Assembly: GCF_036365525.1 (NCBI RefSeq)
Contig: NC_090418.1
Location: 10,850,856 to 10,914,855, forward strand
DNA from: Heterodontus francisci
Taxonomy: Eukaryota
Length of the DNA stretch: 64,000 nucleotides
Direction of reading: 5' to 3'
Made by a program: the position numbers and the translations under genes. Position 1 is the first letter of the stretch. Each line of letters opens with the position of its first letter. The notes under the pieces are model-generated. The model did no database searches and was not told the DNA's origin. It saw only the letters and a list, made by a program, of their open reading frames with translations. Of this stretch, positions 60,452 through 64,000 are shown in pieces.

Positions 60452-62530
60452 TAAAGCCTGGCTACCCGACCCGAATCCGACTAGACCCGACAACATGTGT
60501 CGGGTTCGGGTTGGGTCTCTGTTCCGAGTCCAACATTCGGGGTCGGGTTGGGCTTGACACTGCTGCCTCCGGGAAGTAATCTTCAATATAACATTACGGT
60601 CAAGGCAGGAAACGTGTAGTCCAGACTCCGCACGCTGTAGTGAGCGTCTCTATGATGTCATCGCGCTCATGCTGTAGATTCCATACAGCCACAGCTGATT
60701 CTACACTACAGTGCTCTGCAGATGTAAAATGAATGCTGTCTCCTGGAAATGTTTAGCAGTGGAAAGTCCTGTAGCTGGAAAAGATAAATCTTCTGTTTGG
60801 AAACTTTTCAATGCTGTTGTTTTCCGCAATAGTAAAAATTCAAGTGGATTTGTACAATGCAAATCTTGCAAACGGCTACTAAAATATGTCACCTTTGCAG
60901 CAGCACATTGAAAAAGGTTGCACTCGACCCGCAGCAGGGCCAACTCAGTCGTACCTAACCTCGTTTGCACAAAAGAGTGAAATAAACATAGCCGCTCACA
61001 AGAAATCAGAAATGACAGACACATGCGTGAGTCTCTGTTGCAAGGACATTCGACCTTTCCAACACTCGACCCGAACCCGACACATGTCTCTGGTGAAGGG
61101 TTTGTTCAGCTAGCACAAGAGCTTATCAACGTGAGTGTTACATACGGTCGAGTATCAGCATCAAGTGTGTTACCAAATCCAAGTACAGTTTCAAGAAGGT
61201 GTCGTGATGTGGCTGAAGAAAATAGAAAACAATTAATTTCTCAGATTACTAAAGGATGTGAATGTGGGAATGACAACTGACCTGTGGACGGATGACTACC
61301 TTAAAATCCATTATCTGTCGATAACTTGTCATTGTGTCACAGTAGATTTTAAACTTAATGTTTAACAACAGTAATGTTTTCATTGAAAGACGCCAAAACT
61401 GGCCAAAACATCAGGCGTGAGATTTTAAAGCTGCTCGTGAATACTTTTGGACTCAACCCAGAAAATTTAAATAAATTAATCTGGGTGATAGATCAATGCG
61501 CTAACATAGTGCTTGCTCTTAGACCACATCAACATCTGGATTGTCACGACCACATATATGACCCGCTCCTTCCACATTCACATGATCCAAAGGAATTAGC
61601 TTCCGAAGCTCCGGATGTCGCAGAAACTATAGATCATACCAAAGCCTTGGTGACAAACGTTAAACAGTCTGGTCTTGCTACACAGTTGTCTAAAACTTTA
61701 AATCCAATGGGAGAAAGGAGGTACAGTACTGTGTAACTGACACTGAATTCAATTCAGGATATTTATCATGAGCTGCACAAGAAACTGGAACAGCGTGGGG
61801 AAAACTCCAGGCTGGAAAACATCGCCCCCGGTGTCTTGCAGTTTTTGGTTGATTTCCTCTGACTATTTTATGAAGCTCAGAGGGAACTCGAGGGAGACCC
61901 GTATCCTACATTGGACCTGGTCATTCCCTGGTTTGAGAAACTTAACTGACTCTGTATGCCACTTTCTTCAGATATTTCAATGCAAGCAGTTGTCAGGCAA
62001 CGGCACAGAGAGTGGCTTCTGACGAAAGTTTAAGTAAATGATGTGCACAAGATAGCAACATTTCTCAGCCCTAAATTTAATCAGCTGCTAATGTTGTCCA
62101 GCCATGATAGGGACGAAGTTCATTCTGAAGTGTACAGACTTATCAACAACTTTAAAAGAGAAGACCCTGTGAAGGAAACAAAAGTAATTGACAATAAACC
62201 TACAGCTGCCGAGAAAGCACGGACTGAATTTGCCGAATGGGAGAATGTTCATGAAGAAGTGGACACAAATGATGAAGTGCAGCAGTACACAGCACAGAGG
62301 CCCGCTGTGTTGGCGATGGCAAGCGAGTGTAATATGTTGGGTTGGTGAAAGGAACACAGTGTTGCATACTCTAAATTGGCCAGGCTGGCTAGAAGTATAC
62401 TTTGCATTCCAGCGAGCAGTGGCAGCTGTGAGAGGAACTTCAGCATAGCTGGAAGGACAATCGACCAGCGGAGGACTGCACTTGCCTTCCACTGTTCACT
62501 CTATTCTTTTTATACATGACAATTTATAAC
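60452..62530 (+). mobile_element. Degenerate hAT DNA transposon (Hermes/hobo-like transposase pseudogene)
   Basis: BED finger KSSVWKLF..FVQCKSCKRLLKY; CCKDIRPF..VSGEGFVQLAQELI..VLPNPSTVSR; MTTDLWTDDY..HYLSITCH; C-terminal LARLARSILCIPASSGSCERNFSIAG; many stops and frameshifts; left end resembles the 22275 MITE; right TIR not found. Confidence 0.85.
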
Positions 62531-62711
62531 ACCTTTTGTTCTTTTCTTATTTTTTGCCATGTCTGTAACTGAGACTACTTACTTGCTATGTCTGTAACTG
62601 AGACTACTAAATTAAATGTTCACCTAACTGCCTATTGGGTGCTTCGTTGAGAGTCGGCTATTTGTTTTCTTTTTAATCTACGGTTTGACGCGATTTCTTT
62701 CGGTTTTATCT

Positions 62712-62878
62712 GGTTATTATCACGGTGCTGTTTGTGGGAGATTGCTGTGGGCAATGGCTGCTGCGTTTCCGACTTTACAACAGTGAGTACAATTCACAAA
62801 GACCTTCACTGGGTGGAAAGTGGTTTGGGACGTTCTGAGGTTGTGAAAGGTGCTGGAGAAGAGCAAGTCTTTCTTTGT
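62712..62878 (+). mobile_element. DeuSINE-like 3' fragment
   Basis: gctgtttgtgggagattgctgtg..tggctgctgcgtttcc..acaacagtga..tttgggacgttctgaggttgtgaaagg..gcaagtctttcttt, recalled as the Deu-domain end plus L2-type tail. Confidence 0.6.
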
Positions 62879-63468
62879 AGAGAGAAAATGGAGAATCTCA
62901 TAAAGATTGCTAATAAATCATGAAGGAGTCAAGACGTTGTTTGAAAGTCCCAGAAGAGACAGGCTGATATTTCTGACAGAAAAGAGAAATACCGTGTGTA
63001 TTTGAAAGTTAGTTCAGCTCCTACAGGTGGGATCTTTAACTTTATATCCTCAAGAAGTCGGGAGAAAGATATTTAAAAAATACATAACTGTACTTGATCG
63101 CTGTTAGATTATTTGTTTTGCATTTTAATACTTCAAATACTTCTGGGAAGCTTTATCTCTTCTAAGACTGAACTGTAATCTTACAAGGGAACAAGACAGT
63201 CCAGTGTGTAAAAGCAATTAACAAGCAGCACTTGCTGATTGTTTATCTGGCAGTGCTACAAAAACTTACAAAGATCTCAAAGGACAGGTGGACACTGAAA
63301 GCTTTGGAGGGTTGAGATTCACCCATGGCATCAAATAATCTAGGGTCAGAATTTTTTTTTTTTAAGTGATATTAACCTTTATGCAAAATTGTATTAAATG
63401 TCAATGCTAGAGATTGTTCAACATACTTTGTCAACATTAACATATCTGTTTTATTTTTTGCTTTGTAG

Positions 63469-63558
63469 GCTAGTCGAGGTACTGGCCATTACGTGCAAGC
63501 TGATCAACCAGAAGTCTTCAATCAAACAGTACTGCAGATCTGCAGTGCTGTAGACTAA
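63469..63558 (+). CDS. ABHD5: Terminal coding exon of an ABHD5 (CGI-58)/ABHD4-like gene; upstream exons not seen
   Basis: Strong acceptor ttttttgctttgtag, then ASRGTGHYVQADQPEVFNQTVLQICSAVD*, matching the recalled ABHD5 C-terminus [29 protein letters not shown] in length and HX4D motif. Confidence 0.75.
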   Translation, partial: ASRGTGHYVQADQPEVFNQTVLQICSAVD

Positions 63559-64000
63559 TGATCAGACAGCACTGGGAATCTACAAGACTGTACATTAACA
63601 ATCAAACAGCACTGGGAAAGCCTGCTCTCTGATCTGCCATTTTCCCAATCAATCAATCTTTCCTTTCACTGAAATTTAGCTTCCAGTCCAATCTCTCTGT
63701 ATTGAATTCACTGAGCTTAGGAGTAACAGTAAGAAAATAATTGGCCTCTGTGTTGCTCATGTTTAAATCTTCATAGCCTTGCACACCCACCCACCCAACT
63801 CCAAATCTCTACATCCCTACAACCCTCCGAAAACTGCATTGACTACAAAAGGGAGGGGGTAAGAAAATCACTCCGTCTGTACCCCATGATCACTACCCAA
63901 GGAACTCGGCCACAAAGTGCTCGTGTGTGAAAGTTGGGGTTGAGGCGTTGATTCCTGGTCACAGGATCAGGATAAGATTCCCCACAACTCCATTTGCAGG

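Overview
Eukaryotic, intron-containing, repeat-rich vertebrate DNA. The repeat families (CR1, RTE, Tx1, L2, Deu-type and HE1/V-type SINEs, a ~68-bp minisatellite) suggest a cartilaginous fish; this is inferred, not proven. The core is an amplified cluster of five 9-exon zona pellucida ZP3-like egg-coat genes: minus 8924-11745, plus 23621-26530, minus 35795-38613, plus 40549-44352 and plus 52957-55816. They lie in nested direct and inverted segmental duplications. Exons, proximal promoters and some short introns are near-identical, while other introns and the flanks are strongly diverged in a mosaic pattern typical of gene conversion. The paralogues differ at the C-terminal processing switch: copies 1-3 have RGRR, copy 4 has KGRR, and copy 5 has a TGA just before the furin site. 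An isolated ABHD5-like terminal exon lies at 63469-63558. A degenerate Hermes/hobo-like hAT transposase and related MITEs are also present. All calls are by eye from the sequence and ORF track; no database search was run.
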